This document shows positions 54,229-56,083 of a DNA stretch of 56,083 bases, piece after piece. Made by a program: the position numbers and the translations under genes. The DNA lies in NCBI GenBank assembly GCA_043813605.1, contig JBDRKX010000102.1:1-56083 (forward strand), read 5' to 3'. The notes under the pieces are model-generated. The model made no database searches. It was not told where the DNA came from and saw nothing but the letters and a program-made list of their open reading frames with translations. The stretch's first letter is position 1. Every line of letters starts with the position of its first letter. Source of the stretch: Elusimicrobiota bacterium (GTDB lineage: Bacteria > CG03 > SLGR01 > JBDRKX01).

Positions 54229-54250
54229 TGTAAATTTTCTGTAAAATATC
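54229..54250 (-). promoter_or_regulatory. Two phased 11-bp repeats (tgtaaattttc, tgtaaaatatc) upstream of small ORF C
   Basis: Read directly from the sequence. The array abuts the stop codon of the receiver gene. Confidence 0.45.
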
Positions 54251-54251
54251 T

Positions 54252-54662
54252 TCAGTTTACCAATGGGTTAAAACTCGTGTTTTCGTCATAGTTGTCTTCT
54301 ATAAGGGACCTCAGATTCATGAGTGAAAAAGGTTTTACTATATATTCTTTAGCACCAAGAAGAAAAGCTTCATTAAGGCTCTTTTTCTCATCGACTACAG
54401 TTAATATGAAGATAGGAATATCTTTTGTACTGTAATCACTTTTAAGTTTTTTCAGGATCTCGAATCCCGTCATTCCAGGCATGTTAAGATCAAGAGTTAT
54501 TATTGAGGGCTTACATCTGAAGGCCTTGTCTATCCCGTCTTTTCCAGTTGTCGCTATTTCAACTTCGTACCCTTTCAGTTCAAGGCCGTCTTTTATCATC
54601 TCGGCAATATAAATGTCGTCATCAATTACCAAGACTTTTCTTTTTGCGCTTTTTGCGCACAT
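54252..54662 (-). CDS. Stand-alone response-regulator receiver (CheY-like) protein
   Basis: KVLVIDDDIYIAEMI...PSIITLDLNMPGMTGFEIL...IPIFILTVVDEK...GAKEYIVKPF: the acidic pocket DD, the phospho-acceptor Asp, and the conserved Thr and Lys are all present. There is no output domain (136 aa). Confidence 0.9.
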   Translation of the reverse strand: MCAKSAKRKVLVIDDDIYIAEMIKDGLELKGYEVEIATTGKDGIDKAFRCKPSIITLDLNMPGMTGFEILKKLKSDYSTKDIPIFILTVVDEKKSLNEAFLLGAKEYIVKPFSLMNLRSLIEDNYDENTSFNPLVN

Positions 54663-54693
54663 TTCCCCGTCCTTTTTCCTTGTTTGGCGGCGC

Positions 54694-55809
54694 CTAAAGT
54701 TCTATACCATAGGTTTTGTAAATATCGAGCAGTTCGTCCATTTCCGGCCTGCGGTTAAAGTAAAAATCCAATTTGCTCATACCGTGTGAATAGAGCTGGA
54801 ATTTCCCTTCAGGTTCGACCCATAGGCCTACCATTTTTCCTTCATGATAGAACCACTCGTTTACGAGTTCTCCTTCATAAGTTGTATATACAGGTTTTCC
54901 GTTATCATACCAGGTTACCTGACCGGTTATCACATCTTCGGAAAATATCAGTTTTGAACCCTGCCATTTGTACAATTTGGTAACAGTGCCGTTCTCGTCG
55001 ATCTCTTTCTGTTGTTTCCCGTCCGTGTAGAGTGTCACGTTACCCTGCTTATCTTTAACCGATTCTATCTGATAATAACCGTTCTCATCTTTCTTGTACG
55101 TATAAGTGGCAAGCAGTTCCCCGTCTTCAGTTACGGTCTGTATCCTGTTGCCTTTCTTATCGAAACTGGTCACATTACCGTATGCATCTGTCCTGGTTAC
55201 CAGTATACCTTTTAAATCGTATCTGTATGTTGCGATCTTGTTCCCCTCATAATCAAGATCATAACCGGCTTTTCCCTGTTCATCATATTTTACTTTTGCC
55301 TGCGTCAGCTCATCTACAACCCACTGTACATTTTTTCCATATTTGTCGTACTCAAAAGTCTTTGTGATATTTAGGTCTTCGTCATATTCCGCTACCGTTT
55401 TACCGCCAAGCCCCTGTTCCATATATCCGACCTTTTCATCATACTCATTTGTCACCTCTATCATATTGGAACCAGCCTGTCTTTTCCATTTCTTGTCAAT
55501 TTGCCCCTGCATATTCCTCTCATGAGATTTTCGACCGTGTATGGAAAAAGCCTTGTTCCCGTCCTTGTCGACACTGACCATAACATCTCCCTTTGATGTA
55601 ACATATGTTTTGTTTCCGTTTTTATCCGTTATAACAAGAGGTCTGAGAGGGTTTGTATCTATTATCTGTTTTGCCGGCTTGAAGAGCTGTCCATCGGGCC
55701 TGAAAACTTTAGTCGGGTAGTATGAATACGGATCTATTCTCGCTATTCCGTCACACGCTAATAGCGATATATAATACAGCGCTAATAATAATGAAAATAT
55801 TCTTTTCAT
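54694..55809 (-). CDS. YD-repeat lipoprotein
   Basis: Signal peptide with lipobox MKRIFSLLLALYYISLLAC|DG. YD-type repeats: EYDEDLNITKTFEYDKYGKNV, KYDEQGKAGYDLDYEGNKIATYRYDLKG, DAYGNVTSFDKKGNRIQ, KDKQGNVTLY. GGAG lies 4 nt upstream of the ATG. Confidence 0.85.
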   Translation of the reverse strand: MKRIFSLLLALYYISLLACDGIARIDPYSYYPTKVFRPDGQLFKPAKQIIDTNPLRPLVITDKNGNKTYVTSKGDVMVSVDKDGNKAFSIHGRKSHERNMQGQIDKKWKRQAGSNMIEVTNEYDEKVGYMEQGLGGKTVAEYDEDLNITKTFEYDKYGKNVQWVVDELTQAKVKYDEQGKAGYDLDYEGNKIATYRYDLKGILVTRTDAYGNVTSFDKKGNRIQTVTEDGELLATYTYKKDENGYYQIESVKDKQGNVTLYTDGKQQKEIDENGTVTKLYKWQGSKLIFSEDVITGQVTWYDNGKPVYTTYEGELVNEWFYHEGKMVGLWVEPEGKFQLYSHGMSKLDFYFNRRPEMDELLDIYKTYGIEL

Positions 55810-55858
55810 AACTCCATTAATAATTTACTACATTTCTATGAAAAGCATGAGAAAAGAT

Positions 55859-55880
55859 TGTAAAATATATGTAAAATCCA
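55859..55880 (-). promoter_or_regulatory. Two phased 11-bp repeats (tgtaaaatata, tgtaaaatcca) upstream of the YD lipoprotein gene
   Basis: Read directly from the sequence, 50-71 nt upstream of the ATG at 55809. Confidence 0.45.
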
Positions 55881-56083
55881 TATATTATTTTGTCATATTC
55901 GCTTTCTAATAAGACAACATACTCTTATTACAGCCTATTCTCACTTAAACTATTTATACTATCTAATATAATTACTAAACCATTTAACCGTTTTTTTCAA
56001 TATTACGAGTAAATGCTAACCTTAGTTGGAGTTGAGAAGACGGCTCCTCAAATTGGTATACTATACCAAGAGATAAAAAAGGA

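Noticed and set aside
55881-56083. A possible tRNA or other small RNA in the AT-rich distal region (including the hairpin GGTATA-C-TATACC)
   Set aside because: I could trace no cloverleaf, anticodon arm or T-loop motif. It looks like promoter or intergenic DNA.
1-56083. Mobile element, prophage, or an alternative genetic code explaining the huge ORFs
   Set aside because: I recognised no transposase, integrase, terminal inverted repeats or phage structural genes. The ORFs end at ordinary TAA/TAG stops and contain recognisable standard-code domains, so recoding is not needed. Repeat mis-assembly cannot be excluded without reads.

Overview
This 56 kb window is about 97 percent coding, all on the minus strand. 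Three consecutive giant ORFs dominate it. Giant 1 is 25539..53510 (9,323 aa). Giant 2 is 5060..24652 (6,530 aa). Giant 3 is 1..4379 (first 1,459 codons); it runs off the window edge, so it is missing from the supplied ORF track. Each giant ORF is immediately preceded by a paralogous small three-TM protein (about 180-214 aa) and by a conserved GC hairpin followed by T8. Four upstream regions carry helically phased 11-bp TGTAAAAT/TGTGAAAT direct repeats. A YD-repeat lipoprotein and a stand-alone CheY-like receiver sit at the head of the locus. Giant 1 is repeat-rich: YD repeats, several unassigned tandem repeat families, an Ala/Asp low-complexity tract and multi-TM blocks. It also holds four C39-like cysteine peptidase modules, each followed by a double-glycine-type cleavage motif, plus a divergent SecA-like DEAD motor, a transglutaminase-like domain and three RpoA-CTD-like HhH modules. 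Giant 2 strings kinase-like, HD, two HExxH, alpha/beta-hydrolase, metallo-beta-lactamase, two cNMP-binding and LysM domains between TM segments. Giants 1 and 2 share a C-terminal domain; giants 2 and 3 share an N-terminal domain. I recognised no rRNA, tRNA, CRISPR, transposase or integrase. The architecture resembles giant genes reported from metagenomic Omnitrophota-type bacteria, but the origin cannot be established from the sequence alone. All domain calls are motif-level recognitions by eye. Sub-ORF coordinates are hand-mapped (about +-30 nt).
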